From the IMG/VR virus record IMGVR_UViG_3300036715_003363: DNA of 64,000 nucleotides. The stretch is one strand, 5' to 3'. Under the pieces are notes generated by a model. It made no database searches. It had not been told where the DNA came from and was given only the letters and a program-made list of their open reading frames with translations. Shown piece after piece: positions 26,535 to 36,662 of this stretch (positions within the stretch are counted from its first letter, which is position 1; each line of letters begins with the position of its first letter). A program made the position numbers and the translations under genes. Origin of the DNA: a virus.

Positions 26535-27104
26535 GGCCTCAATTTGCTCAAAAGAAAGTCCATTGGAGTAAGCTTCCTGGATTGTTTCATGCATTTGACT
26601 AAAAATATGCTCAAATTTATTCTCATACTCAAGGAGAGTTACGTACTTCTTACTTGAATACTGTACTCCAATCTCTTTTTCGAGGAGAGTTGATTGCTCG
26701 AGAAGTTCTGTTTTCGGTCCAAGATATCTTTTAATCCTAATCAAAGTTCTCATGACAGGAGTATAAGCTGAAAGTTCCTGTTCAGTAACCGGAGTTTTAA
26801 TCCTTTCTCCTCTAATGTTAATAATCCCGAGCTTATAAGCCGGAAGACTAGAGATAGGTTTAAGTAGCTCGTTCATATAGAATCCGTTTATAAGTGACTC
26901 CTTGAACATTGTGTTAAACATTATTCCGTGAATATGCGTCTTACCTGCAGGATTAACTTTGCATCCAGTTCCGTAATTGGATGATCCGCAATAAGAGCAA
27001 TGTTTTGGATCATCTGGATGAAAATGAACTCCTCCTGGAGCGTAGCGACAACCTTTGCCATAACTAGTACTTTGGCAGAACATACAACGATTTAACTGTT
27101 TCAT
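26520..27104 (-). CDS. Hypothetical protein with two tandem CxxC...C...H.H repeats
   Basis: CMFCQSTSYGKGC...HFH / CSYCGSSNYGTGC...HIH; TAAATA 6 nt upstream. Confidence 0.75.
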   Translation of the reverse strand: MKQLNRCMFCQSTSYGKGCRYAPGGVHFHPDDPKHCSYCGSSNYGTGCKVNPAGKTHIHGIMFNTMFKESLINGFYMNELLKPISSLPAYKLGIINIRGERIKTPVTEQELSAYTPVMRTLIRIKRYLGPKTELLEQSTLLEKEIGVQYSSKKYVTLLEYENKFEHIFSQMHETIQEAYSNGLSFEQIEALIRK

Positions 27105-27212
27105 TTCGGTTATTTAATCAGTTTCTATTAAAGTGATCGAAGACTGTCATAAAAACTCTCTCAAAGTTCTTCGGATAAAACCTGTTCTTTGCCGGCTGCA
27201 CCTTTTCTACAC

Positions 27213-27668
27213 TTATGCCCACCGACCTGATATGGCAACTAACTTTTTGGAAATACTTTTATCACGTGCATTTTTAGGTGCTTTTCCGAGCTTTGGACCA
27301 ACAAAGCCATTATAGTATGTGTCATCGAAGAGAACATTCCTTGCCAACTGTTCGACAAGCTCGTAGTAGGACAACTCCCATTTTGATGTACAAGTCTGTA
27401 AAATCTCGAACGTAAAATTGTCCTTACCGATCTTCTCAATATCAGCGTTTAGATCACTTGAAGATCCAGTATAGGACTTCCAATCCGATTCCCTTGTGTC
27501 CTTTCTTTTATTCTTTCTTCCCTTTAAAGGCTTTCTCTTAAAGTTTGATATACACTGCTTCTTTCCAACATACATTCTCTTCGTAACATTGTTAGTTATA
27601 AGATATATGAATCCATATGAATCAGTCAGATCAACACTCTCCTTAAGTAGCCAGTGCCCAGTATCCAT
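27213..27668 (-). CDS. GIY-YIG (Seg-like) endonuclease
   Basis: YGFIYLITN......YVGKK; W..Y.GSS; F.FEIL; YYNG. Confidence 0.85.
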   Translation of the reverse strand: MDTGHWLLKESVDLTDSYGFIYLITNNVTKRMYVGKKQCISNFKRKPLKGRKNKRKDTRESDWKSYTGSSSDLNADIEKIGKDNFTFEILQTCTSKWELSYYELVEQLARNVLFDDTYYNGFVGPKLGKAPKNARDKSISKKLVAISGRWA

Positions 27669-27913
27669 TACTTCTTCTTCTTCTTTTTCTTCTTCCCCTT
27701 AGGACAACCCTTAAAGGTCGAGTTTGTAGGTGTATTACGGCGAATCACTTTACCCCCGAGAGCCTTAGGGGTCCGTGCATCGCCCTTAGCGTAATTATCA
27801 CCGCTGAATGCAGTCTCAGTTGATGTAGTGCCAGACCCGAATGCACTTCCAGATCCACCTGCAACGACGTCCTCATTTAGAACATCCTCAATTATTTTTT
27901 TAAATTTATACAT
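27668..27913 (-). CDS. Hypothetical Gly/Ser-rich protein with poly-Lys tail
   Basis: MYKFKKIIEDVLNE leader; ends KGKKKKKKKK; coupled to next gene. Confidence 0.7.
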   Translation of the reverse strand: MYKFKKIIEDVLNEDVVAGGSGSAFGSGTTSTETAFSGDNYAKGDARTPKALGGKVIRRNTPTNSTFKGCPKGKKKKKKKK

Positions 27914-27957
27914 AACAGTTGTCTTTTAATAAAACTATACTACACTATTTATTACTT

Positions 27958-28371
27958 ATGAGTGACGAAGGAGATATCTCTCTACTTGAAAAATATCACG
28001 AACAGATTAAAGAGGTTGTAACCCTTTCAGAATTTAATATGAAAGAGGTTCAACTGAATCTTCCTGCCCACAGACATTATTGGGTTGGTAGACTTATGTT
28101 TCATAAAAGGGAGCTTAGGAAGCTTCAATCAATTAAAACACAAGCTCGCCCTAAGATTGCTCAAAAGATGATTGAAGATATTCCGGTCGGCATTAATCAA
28201 AGGACATCTGACTCAGTTATTGGAACACATCCAATTATGATAAAAATTGACGAGCAGATTGCAGAACAAGAGTTGCTTATTGATTATCTAACAAAGATTG
28301 AAGCTAACTTCAGATCGATGGGGTTTGACATTAAGAATCTCACAGAGATTATCAAATTAGAGACAAGTTAA
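27958..28371 (+). CDS. uvsY: Recombination mediator UvsY-like protein
   Basis: Helical protein ending GFDIKN..EI.KLE directly upstream of uvsW, T4-like gene order. Confidence 0.6.
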   Translation: MSDEGDISLLEKYHEQIKEVVTLSEFNMKEVQLNLPAHRHYWVGRLMFHKRELRKLQSIKTQARPKIAQKMIEDIPVGINQRTSDSVIGTHPIMIKIDEQIAEQELLIDYLTKIEANFRSMGFDIKNLTEIIKLETS

Positions 28372-28431
28372 TAGTAATGAAACTACAAGTTGAACTTTTA
28401 GAACTCACATATATAATCGGATATTACATAA

Positions 28432-29520
28432 ATGATAAAGGTAGTTTTCGATTATGATCAATCAAGGAAGAAGGGAATTATTATTTCTGATTATCTTCCA
28501 AACATTAGAGAGTATTTCTCTGTAGAGGATAAAAATAACTTCTTTAAAAGACGCTTTGCAGTTGGATATCGCCCAGCAACGAGAGTATATTCCGTTACCC
28601 CTCAAGGAAGATTTAATGTTAATCTATTTGAAGAGATTGTAGGCCATCTCAATACACTTGAGAGTGCTCTCGATATAAGTGTAACTGATTTATTCAAGAG
28701 TGCCTTTATTAAGCCTGCACTCAAAAAAGACGCATATAAACTTCCAGCAAAATTTCTACCTAGAGACTATCAACAGGAAGCTGTTGAGACTGCTCTTGAA
28801 AAAGGACAAGGCGTATTTGAATTAGCTACCTCTGCAGGAAAAACATTTGTTGCAGCAACACTCTGTAAATCGATTCAAAGAAATTTACATAAAAGAGATA
28901 AAATTTTAATTATTGTGCCTGATACTGGCCTTGTAAGACAGACGTACGGTGACTTCTTAGACTACGGCCTCACACCAGCTGACGTCACAAAATGGTCCGG
29001 CACTGAAGAATCAATTTCAGACGCTCAAATTATTATTGCTAATATTCAGATTCTAATGTCAAAAAAACAGGATCTAACAATTTTAAAAAAGGTTAAATTG
29101 CTCATAGTTGACGAATGTATAAGAAGAAATACACTAATTTGTCTCAAAAACGGAAAAATAAAGCCCATACAGGATATTAAAATAGGAGATATGGTTAAAT
29201 CTTATAACACTACAAGTAAAAAAATAGAATATAAGAAGGTGTTAAATACATGGAAGAATTTACAAAAAAGCAATAGCTGCAGTTATTTTATAGAAATTAA
29301 ACTTGAAGACAACTCTATAATACATCTCACACCGAATCATAAGGTATACACTCAGAGAGGATATATTAGAGCAGATAAAGTGCGAGAAACAGATGATGTG
29401 TACATTGCAGACTCGAACTTTACGAGCCTCTGGTATAGATACCAGTATGCAAAAACGTATATTAGAGCACAGCTGTGCAATTTGTTCAAAAAAACAAAAA
29501 TATCTCGGAAGACATCTTAA
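28432..29520 (+). CDS. uvsW: UvsW-like SF2 helicase, N-terminal fragment with IntN
   Basis: PRDYQ, LATSAGKT, IIVP, LLIVDE|CIRRNT; block B LTPNHKVYT.RGY. Confidence 0.9.
   Translation: MIKVVFDYDQSRKKGIIISDYLPNIREYFSVEDKNNFFKRRFAVGYRPATRVYSVTPQGRFNVNLFEEIVGHLNTLESALDISVTDLFKSAFIKPALKKDAYKLPAKFLPRDYQQEAVETALEKGQGVFELATSAGKTFVAATLCKSIQRNLHKRDKILIIVPDTGLVRQTYGDFLDYGLTPADVTKWSGTEESISDAQIIIANIQILMSKKQDLTILKKVKLLIVDECIRRNTLICLKNGKIKPIQDIKIGDMVKSYNTTSKKIEYKKVLNTWKNLQKSNSCSYFIEIKLEDNSIIHLTPNHKVYTQRGYIRADKVRETDDVYIADSNFTSLWYRYQYAKTYIRAQLCNLFKKTKISRKTS
29116..29520 (+). mobile_element. Split intein N-part in UvsW motif II
   Basis: Cys1 after DE; TxxH block B; frame ends before any block G. Confidence 0.85.
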
Positions 29521-29581
29521 AAATATGCATCAAATCGATATCAAAAAATATTATGATACATACCTCAAAACAATTTTTAAA

Positions 29582-29689
29582 ATGAAAGTAAAGTGTATTG
29601 GTAGAGTTAACAGAAATAATGAAGATGTCTTTAATTTAGAGGTTGAAGGTAATAATAATTACTTTGCTAATAATATTTTAGTAAGTAAC
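29582..29689 (+). mobile_element. Split intein C-part (36 aa)
   Basis: Block F VFNLEV, block G ending SN, Cys+1 restores DECH. Confidence 0.8.
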
Positions 29690-30472
29690 TGTCACAAAGT
29701 TCTTAGTAAGAACAAAGTTAATAAAGTAATTAACACAATTCCTGCAGTATATAAATACGGAATGACAGGAACACTTCCTGACAATAAGACAGATCGATGG
29801 AATATCATTGGTCACTTCGGAAGCGTCATAATTAATAAGACGTCAAAGGAACTCAGAGATGAGGGTTATATTAGTGATGTAGTTATCGCAATTATAAAGC
29901 TAGTATATTCAAACCTGCCAAGGTTTAAAAAGCCTTCAGCATCTGAACCAACGGCGGCGTATGAAGAAGAATTACAATTCCTGCAAACAAACAAATTCCG
30001 AAATGAGACTATTTGTAAGCTCGTTAATAAGATGGATAAGAATGTTCTTATTATGGTTGATAGATTAGCCCACGGTGAACATCTATTAGAGATCTTAAAG
30101 AAAAATACAGATAAACAGATACATTGGATCTGTGGAGAAGTTGAAATTGACGCTCGCGAAAATGTTAGAAAGATAATGGAAGAAGATAATAATGTTGTGT
30201 GTATCGCAATATCAAAGATATTCTCTACTGGTATTAATATTAAAAACCTCCACTATATTATTTTTGCCTCAATCGGCAAAGCAAGAATTAAACTTATTCA
30301 AACAATTGGAAGAAGTCTCAGATTGCATGCATCAAAAGAGCGCGCAGTAATTATCGATCTTGCAGATAATCTTCGATACGGAAGAGTTCACGTTGAGCAG
30401 CGCATTGAAATTTATAAGAGAGAGAGTATTAACTACACTATTAAAGAGATAACCGAACCCTTAAACACATGA
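29582..30472 (+). CDS. uvsW: UvsW-like helicase, C-terminal fragment with IntC (alternative start 29447)
   Basis: MKVK...VFNLEVEGNNNYFANNILVSN|CHK; GMTGT, FSTGINI, QTIGRSLR. Confidence 0.85.
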   Translation: MKVKCIGRVNRNNEDVFNLEVEGNNNYFANNILVSNCHKVLSKNKVNKVINTIPAVYKYGMTGTLPDNKTDRWNIIGHFGSVIINKTSKELRDEGYISDVVIAIIKLVYSNLPRFKKPSASEPTAAYEEELQFLQTNKFRNETICKLVNKMDKNVLIMVDRLAHGEHLLEILKKNTDKQIHWICGEVEIDARENVRKIMEEDNNVVCIAISKIFSTGINIKNLHYIIFASIGKARIKLIQTIGRSLRLHASKERAVIIDLADNLRYGRVHVEQRIEIYKRESINYTIKEITEPLNT

Positions 30473-31800
30473 TAACAAAAACAAAACAAAGAGATGTCGA
30501 TGATATTAATTCAAGCTTAGATGAAATTCTAAGTGATAAGCAGTTATACGCACGTAAAAAAAGAGTGCGTCGAACAAAGGAAGAACTAAAGCCTAACTAC
30601 GTTGACCCAATTGAAATGGAGAGACTTATTAAGAGCTACTATGTAACCGGAGAGCTATATTCAGAACTTGCTGATATGATTCAAAAGATAGGAACAAGAC
30701 TTGGTTATGCTCAGAACTTCATCAACTATTGTGTCGATGAGCAAACAGAGGCACTCACTATGAGAGGGTGGCTCAAGCATAACGAAATTAATGAAGGTGA
30801 CATAATTCTTTCATATAATATTCAAACAAGAGCATTGGCGTGGAGCAAAGTGAAAGGAATTTATCGCGCTCCTTATGAAGGATTAATGCATCATCTTAAA
30901 TGTGAAGGATTAGATGCGCTTGTGACGCCAGGTCATAAGTTTGTTACATCAGAAGACGGACTGAAGACAGTTGAGAATATTAAATGTACAGATTATGTTG
31001 TATTAAACGGTCTTCCAGTTGAAGATAATACTGCAGTACACAGTGATGAATTTGTTGCTGATCTTGCACCATGTAGAGTAATGTTAACGCACGAATTTGT
31101 ATTATCGTTGACACAATCACAGAGAATTAAACTCATTCATACAATGGCAAAGAGTGATGAACAAAATACATCATGGTCATACAACAATGAAGATAAAGAT
31201 CTTGTTGATAGTTTTTTAATGCTATGCACACTTGCTGGATTAACAACATCAACAGAACTTGTGCAAAATGTGTCAGAGCTTAGTAGTAATAATTACTATG
31301 TTGTTAATATTTACAATACACAAAAAACACACTGTCTCGGAGAGTGTATTGATTTTCATGGAGGCAGCCCTGGTCCTGAAGAGGATAATAAATCTAATCC
31401 AACGGTGCATTATTCCGGAACTGTGTGGTGTCCAGAAACAGAATACGGTACATGGGTGTGTAGAAGAGGTAGCGCAATATACACGACAGGAAATTCCTAC
31501 AAGGAGGAAATGATTGGAGATGCAATTATTAAAATGATGACTGCGCTTACAAGACATAGATTTAAATGTGATCTAGGCTTTAATCCATTCTCATATTTTA
31601 CAAAAGTTGCTTATCGTGCTTTTCAAAATAGAATTAAGAAAGAGAAGAAAGAGCACGACACAATTCACAGATACCAAGAAGAAGTATACGAACTCTTAAC
31701 TGAAAGCGGCCAAATTCCGCATCAGAAAAACACTCACGCAGAAGACGACGGAAGCGATCACTACAATGAGGAGCTTTCAACGGTTTATAGAGATGAGTAA
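30469..31800 (+). CDS. Late-transcription sigma factor (T4 gp55-like) with intein
   Basis: NYVD, NFINY|...|SYKEEMIGDA, NPFSYFT..AY.AF..RIKKEK; upstream of gp47. Confidence 0.9.
   Translation: MITKTKQRDVDDINSSLDEILSDKQLYARKKRVRRTKEELKPNYVDPIEMERLIKSYYVTGELYSELADMIQKIGTRLGYAQNFINYCVDEQTEALTMRGWLKHNEINEGDIILSYNIQTRALAWSKVKGIYRAPYEGLMHHLKCEGLDALVTPGHKFVTSEDGLKTVENIKCTDYVVLNGLPVEDNTAVHSDEFVADLAPCRVMLTHEFVLSLTQSQRIKLIHTMAKSDEQNTSWSYNNEDKDLVDSFLMLCTLAGLTTSTELVQNVSELSSNNYYVVNIYNTQKTHCLGECIDFHGGSPGPEEDNKSNPTVHYSGTVWCPETEYGTWVCRRGSAIYTTGNSYKEEMIGDAIIKMMTALTRHRFKCDLGFNPFSYFTKVAYRAFQNRIKKEKKEHDTIHRYQEEVYELLTESGQIPHQKNTHAEDDGSDHYNEELSTVYRDE
30730..31494 (+). mobile_element. Contiguous intein (255 aa) with eroded endonuclease
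   Basis: CVDEQTEALT..GW; VTPGHKF; VWCPETEYGTW..RR.......TGN|S. Confidence 0.88.
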
Positions 31801-32845
31801 AATTACAGGTCCGAGAGTTGCATTTATTAGCGACATCCATCTCGGAGTTCATCAGAATTCCCAGACATGGCACGATATTGCTATTAACTATGCGTATTGG
31901 TTAAAGGATCAGCTCCACGACCAAGGAATTAAAGATCTTATAATTGCGGGAGATATTTTTCATAATAGACATGAAATCGGGGTTAATACTCTTCACGTTG
32001 CGTACAGGTTCTTTAAAATTCTAGAAGATTTTAACATTGTAGCGATTAGCGGCAATCATGATGCATATAGAAAGAATACATCTGATATTAACTCAATCTC
32101 AATTCTTAACGGTAAGAATATAACAATCTACGACAGCCTTCATCAAGAGATAATTAACGGCAAAAAAATTACATTTTGTCCGTGGGGAACGGAATTAACA
32201 GATATTCCGACCTGTGATATTATTATTGGACACTTTGAAATTATAAACTTTAGAATGAATCAAATCCGTGTTTGTGATCACGGATTACAGACTGACGGAC
32301 TACTTGATAAGGCGGATATGATCATTACTGGTCACTTTCACTATAGAGAGCACAGAAAATATGAGAACGGAAAGAGTATTATATATCTCGGCTCTCCTCA
32401 CGAGCTAGACTTCGGAGATCGCGATCAAGTTAAAGGAATTACAATTATTGATACAAACACTCTTAATGTTGAGTTTATTGAAAATACAGTTTCACCAAAA
32501 CATAAAAATATTAGTGTTTCAAAACTATCTGAGTCAACTCCAGAAGAAATTGAAAAACTTGTATCAAATAATATTATCAGTCTTCATGTTGATACAAAAA
32601 CATCCCCTCAGAACGTTGATTTGATTTTATCAAAATTCGGAGGATATAAACCTCTGCAGATGAGAACAGAGTTTAGCACATTTGAAGAGAATTATGTCAA
32701 CGCAGAAGATCTTGAAAGTCTAAGCTTCGACATTGAAACAGCCATTCATGAATTTGTTAATTTGCTTACTGCAGATGTAAGCAAGAAAGATATTCTTGAT
32801 AAATGCATTGAAGTATATAAACTTAGTCAAACATCACATGAGTAA
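31793..32845 (+). CDS. Mre11/SbcD-like nuclease (T4 gp47-like)
   Basis: SDIHLG, AGDIFH, GNHD, GHFE, GHFH, YLGSP. Confidence 0.93.
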   Translation: MSKITGPRVAFISDIHLGVHQNSQTWHDIAINYAYWLKDQLHDQGIKDLIIAGDIFHNRHEIGVNTLHVAYRFFKILEDFNIVAISGNHDAYRKNTSDINSISILNGKNITIYDSLHQEIINGKKITFCPWGTELTDIPTCDIIIGHFEIINFRMNQIRVCDHGLQTDGLLDKADMIITGHFHYREHRKYENGKSIIYLGSPHELDFGDRDQVKGITIIDTNTLNVEFIENTVSPKHKNISVSKLSESTPEEIEKLVSNNIISLHVDTKTSPQNVDLILSKFGGYKPLQMRTEFSTFEENYVNAEDLESLSFDIETAIHEFVNLLTADVSKKDILDKCIEVYKLSQTSHE

Positions 32846-33527
32846 AAAAATTGCAATCGGGTATCTTAGTTCAAGAGGCACTATTTCATCAAACATAACA
32901 GAGCTTCCAATTATTGCTAAAAACATTAGCATCAACATAACAGCTGACAAAAACTCACTTCTTAGAAGCTTTATGCATACAGAATTTGCATTTAGTGACG
33001 GAATTCATAAAGCGGATTACTTTATTTTGTATAATACAAAAAGTGAACTTAAACAATTATCATATGATGAGATTATTAATCTTTCAAAAAAATATGTCAA
33101 CGCAATTGAAGAGACAGGTATTCAATATTTTACAGGCTATCTTGAAAGTAAATATATAATTGATTATGGTAATACTCAAATTAATGTAAGTCACGGAGAA
33201 GAACAAAAAGTTATTCTAGAGGTATTGTCTCGAAAAGCAGTTGAATCAGTTGGATACCTCGATGTAAGATTTCAAGATACATTATGTTCAATGGATTATG
33301 CAATTAGATTGGGAGGCACAAAATACTACCCATCAAGAACATTTAAAGCGCAGCCGTGGCTTATTGATATTGTTCAAGGCGACTCAAAGATAGCTAAGCA
33401 AGTAATTGACACGCATATGGCCGGATGGTACAAGTACAAGCATGAGTCTCTACCTTGGGAACAGCAGGGAGGTAATTTAGTTAACCTTAAAAAGGAGCTA
33501 AAGGAAATTAAGAATGATACAAAATAA
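32838..33527 (+). CDS. Hypothetical, possibly degenerate glycosyltransferase
   Basis: First gene of island; weak GT-A-like layout. Confidence 0.55.
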   Translation: MSKKIAIGYLSSRGTISSNITELPIIAKNISINITADKNSLLRSFMHTEFAFSDGIHKADYFILYNTKSELKQLSYDEIINLSKKYVNAIEETGIQYFTGYLESKYIIDYGNTQINVSHGEEQKVILEVLSRKAVESVGYLDVRFQDTLCSMDYAIRLGGTKYYPSRTFKAQPWLIDIVQGDSKIAKQVIDTHMAGWYKYKHESLPWEQQGGNLVNLKKELKEIKNDTK

Positions 33528-34314
33528 AATCGGTGTTGCTCTTATAACATGTGATCGCCCAGCAATGCTTGGTGAATCGCTACAGTCAATTATTATCACT
33601 AAAGATAATTACGATGAATTTATTGTTGTCAATGATGGAAAAAGCGCGATAGAATTCGATAGCATTAACAACGATCCTCCTTATCAAGGTGTAGGAGTAT
33701 CAAAGAGTAAAGCTCTACGGTATCTGTATGAAAAAGACTGTGAGCATATTTTTCTCATAGAGGATGATATTACAATTGATGCTGGTGTGTTTCAAGCCTA
33801 TATTAATGCATCTAAAGCAACAGGAATTAAGCATCTTAACTTCGGATTGCATGGCAATCACAATAAAGACGCCCGAGGTAATCCAGTTATTAGAAAAACT
33901 GTAGAGTATCCGGACGGTACAAAAATAGACCTTTACAATAATGTACTCGGAGCATTTAGCTACTATCATCGATATGTAATTGAAGATTGTGGATTTATGA
34001 ATGAGTTATACTTTAACGGATTAGAGCATGTATCTCATACATTAGAAATTGCTGAAAAGGGGTACACTTCTCCTTTTCGCTGGTTTGCAGATATTCACGA
34101 TTCAGAAAAATATATAAAAGATATTGATAAGAATCACGAAGGATCAAAAATTAGAAACGAAAAAGATTTTCATGAGCAGTTTAAAAAGAATCTGGACATA
34201 TTCATTACACAGCATGGATTCTCTGTTGTAGGAGGATACGGTCCACCTGAAAAATTTTATACTGAGGAAGAAACAATCAAACAGTTAAAACAAATTTACA
34301 ATGAATCAAGATAA
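33514..34314 (+). CDS. GT2-like glycosyltransferase
   Basis: IGVALITCDR, VVNDG, FLIEDD, LEHV.H. Confidence 0.85.
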   Translation: MIQNKIGVALITCDRPAMLGESLQSIIITKDNYDEFIVVNDGKSAIEFDSINNDPPYQGVGVSKSKALRYLYEKDCEHIFLIEDDITIDAGVFQAYINASKATGIKHLNFGLHGNHNKDARGNPVIRKTVEYPDGTKIDLYNNVLGAFSYYHRYVIEDCGFMNELYFNGLEHVSHTLEIAEKGYTSPFRWFADIHDSEKYIKDIDKNHEGSKIRNEKDFHEQFKKNLDIFITQHGFSVVGGYGPPEKFYTEEETIKQLKQIYNESR

Positions 34315-35089
34315 AATAGGTGTAGGAGTAATCACGTATAATTCAGAAGACTATTTTAAGAAGTTGTGGCATTCAATACCTCGTCATCTCGTACAGGAAT
34401 TAGTAGTCGTTAACGGAGGGGACCCTTATAAAGGAGATTATAAAGGAGCCCGTTGGATTCAACACACTGAAAATAAATATCCTGCAGTTTGCAGAAACGA
34501 AGCAGTCCAGCATCTCCTAGATACTAATTGTACTCACCTGTTTCTTATTGAAGATGATATGATTATTAGGACATCTGGAATATTTAACGCATATATTAAA
34601 GCATCAGAAATTAGCGGACTAAAGTATTTTTCGTTTGCAAGCACATCCTGGGAAAGCGGAACCCCGGAAAGAAGAACACCACAATTTACAGTATCGTATC
34701 CAGACGGAATAAATGTTTCGCTTTATAAAAATATGTGTAACGAGTTTACATATCATCACAGATCATGCTTTGAAAAGACTGGTATGTACGATACTCAATT
34801 TCGTGATCCGTTTGATATTGACATGGCATATAGAGAGTCTCAACAAGATTACTGCGCACCGTTTTGGTACTTTGCAGACATTGCGAACGCAGATGTGTTT
34901 ATACAAAATAATCCAGTTGCAGTCAGCAGACTTCAAGCAGAAGGAAGACCAGACGGATCCCGCGAACAGAGAATTCAAGAGCAGTGGAATCTCTTCATTA
35001 AAAAACATGGATTAATGGTTAATCAGATTCCGGATATTGGTGCTATAGAAGCACTCAACAAATTAAGATCTATTGCTCAACCATCATGA
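34301..35089 (+). CDS. GT2-like glycosyltransferase, paralog of preceding gene
   Basis: IGVGVITYN, VVVNGG, RN, FLIEDD, PFWYFADI. Confidence 0.85.
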   Translation: MNQDKIGVGVITYNSEDYFKKLWHSIPRHLVQELVVVNGGDPYKGDYKGARWIQHTENKYPAVCRNEAVQHLLDTNCTHLFLIEDDMIIRTSGIFNAYIKASEISGLKYFSFASTSWESGTPERRTPQFTVSYPDGINVSLYKNMCNEFTYHHRSCFEKTGMYDTQFRDPFDIDMAYRESQQDYCAPFWYFADIANADVFIQNNPVAVSRLQAEGRPDGSREQRIQEQWNLFIKKHGLMVNQIPDIGAIEALNKLRSIAQPS

Positions 35090-35874
35090 AAATTGTAATC
35101 GGAGTAAACACATATAAAGAAGAGACATCTTTTAATAACAGAGAGCAGATGTGTGTTGACTCATTGCGTGTAATTAAACAAAAACACAATATTGAATTAT
35201 ATAGCTTTACGTTCTTCGATGAACAATTTGAAATTAATGACTTTAATAACTGTCATAATCTTCAAGATATTCCAAATGTAACAAATAGAAAGGTTCCGTT
35301 TGTTAATGAAATATTTGATAAATTATCCGACATTGATTGCGACTATTTTATATTTGTTAATAATGATGTAGCAGTCTCAAATAGATTTATTAAAGAAATT
35401 GAAAGAAATAATGTAGACTGTCTTCCGGCAAGTAAACTTCATTTTACAAAATTAGATTCAATTAATGACAAAGAAAGCATTCCTCAGTCATTAAGTGTAC
35501 ACGGTTTTGATGGATTCGCAATCAGGTCATATTGGTGGAAAGAAAACAGAATAAAATTTAAGCCGATGCTTCTCGGATGTGCATATTGGGACACATATTT
35601 TTATTCTAAGTGTCAGTTATACGGAGAATGCATAACCTTAAATAAGCCACCTGCAGTTATATTTCACCTTGATCATCAAAGCACATCTATGGAAGCTGAG
35701 CCTGGAAATGCATTTAACGAAAAGAATTTTGTTGAAGACGAAGATAATATTAACACAAGGTGGTTTAGTTACGTACAAAACGTCTTGCTTAAAAGACCTA
35801 CTCACAATAATATATTATGGTACACTCCGTTTACGAACGAAGCCGAACTAGAAAAACAATACTTTACAAAATGA
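35086..35874 (+). CDS. GT-A fold glycosyltransferase-like protein
   Basis: P.VNEIF, YFIFVNND, G.AYWD, HLDH. Confidence 0.7.
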   Translation: MKIVIGVNTYKEETSFNNREQMCVDSLRVIKQKHNIELYSFTFFDEQFEINDFNNCHNLQDIPNVTNRKVPFVNEIFDKLSDIDCDYFIFVNNDVAVSNRFIKEIERNNVDCLPASKLHFTKLDSINDKESIPQSLSVHGFDGFAIRSYWWKENRIKFKPMLLGCAYWDTYFYSKCQLYGECITLNKPPAVIFHLDHQSTSMEAEPGNAFNEKNFVEDEDNINTRWFSYVQNVLLKRPTHNNILWYTPFTNEAELEKQYFTK

Positions 35875-36662
35875 ACATCTCAGTAGCTCTTGCAATAAAC
35901 TATACAAAAACAAACATATCACCATTTCTTAAGAGCTATGAAAAATACGCTTCAGGTATTCTATACATTCTCACAGATAAGATGGATCAGTATGAAGGAT
36001 TTAAAAATATTGTAGCAGTAAATGTAATTGATATTATTCAAAAATATAGAATTGACACTACAAAACTAACTCCGTACAATCTTAAGCCAATTGTTTACTA
36101 TCTATTTTTAAAGGATTTTGATCAACCAGTCGAAAATGTGTTTCTTACAGACGTTGATGTTGTATTTCAGTCAGATCCGTTTGCAATTCTCAATGAAATA
36201 AAAACAGACACATTTATAATATGCGAAGAAAAGAAACTCTACAGTGAGTGCGATACGAATACAACCTGGTACAACATGGGTTATAGAGATTCATATGACA
36301 AGGTTATCAATGAAAAAATTCTTAATTGCGGCATCACTCTCGGAACAAAAGCATCTGTTCAGGACTACCAAAAGCAAGTTGCAAAAGAACTTGAAGTTGT
36401 CATGGCAAGACAGCCGTACTTTGCGTATGATCAAGTAATCCTTAATGTCCTATACTATACAACTAAAACCGTGAATCCCACAATTCTCCCGCACGGAAAC
36501 AACTATATAGTACACCTGGCTCACGTTGATGATAGTGAGTTAAATGATAAGAATGTCGTTAATAATCAACTTCTTAATAATGACGGTGTTCCCTATCCAA
36601 TTGTTCATCAATTTAATGAGCGCCTCTCTCTAAATGAAATGTTTATAAAACTTTACGAATAA
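35871..36662 (+). CDS. Nucleotide-diphospho-sugar transferase-like protein
   Basis: FLTDVDVVFQSDPF, ILNCG...G, DQ.ILN, IVHQFNE. Confidence 0.8.
   Translation: MNISVALAINYTKTNISPFLKSYEKYASGILYILTDKMDQYEGFKNIVAVNVIDIIQKYRIDTTKLTPYNLKPIVYYLFLKDFDQPVENVFLTDVDVVFQSDPFAILNEIKTDTFIICEEKKLYSECDTNTTWYNMGYRDSYDKVINEKILNCGITLGTKASVQDYQKQVAKELEVVMARQPYFAYDQVILNVLYYTTKTVNPTILPHGNNYIVHLAHVDDSELNDKNVVNNQLLNNDGVPYPIVHQFNERLSLNEMFIKLYE

Noticed and set aside
27213-27668. GIY-YIG gene as an active mobile intron element
   Set aside because: Free-standing, coupled to neighbours, interrupts no gene; listed as CDS only.
29393-29446. ORF-track start of the second uvsW fragment at 29393
   Set aside because: Upstream residues are the alternate frame of IntN; 29447 or 29582 are more plausible starts.
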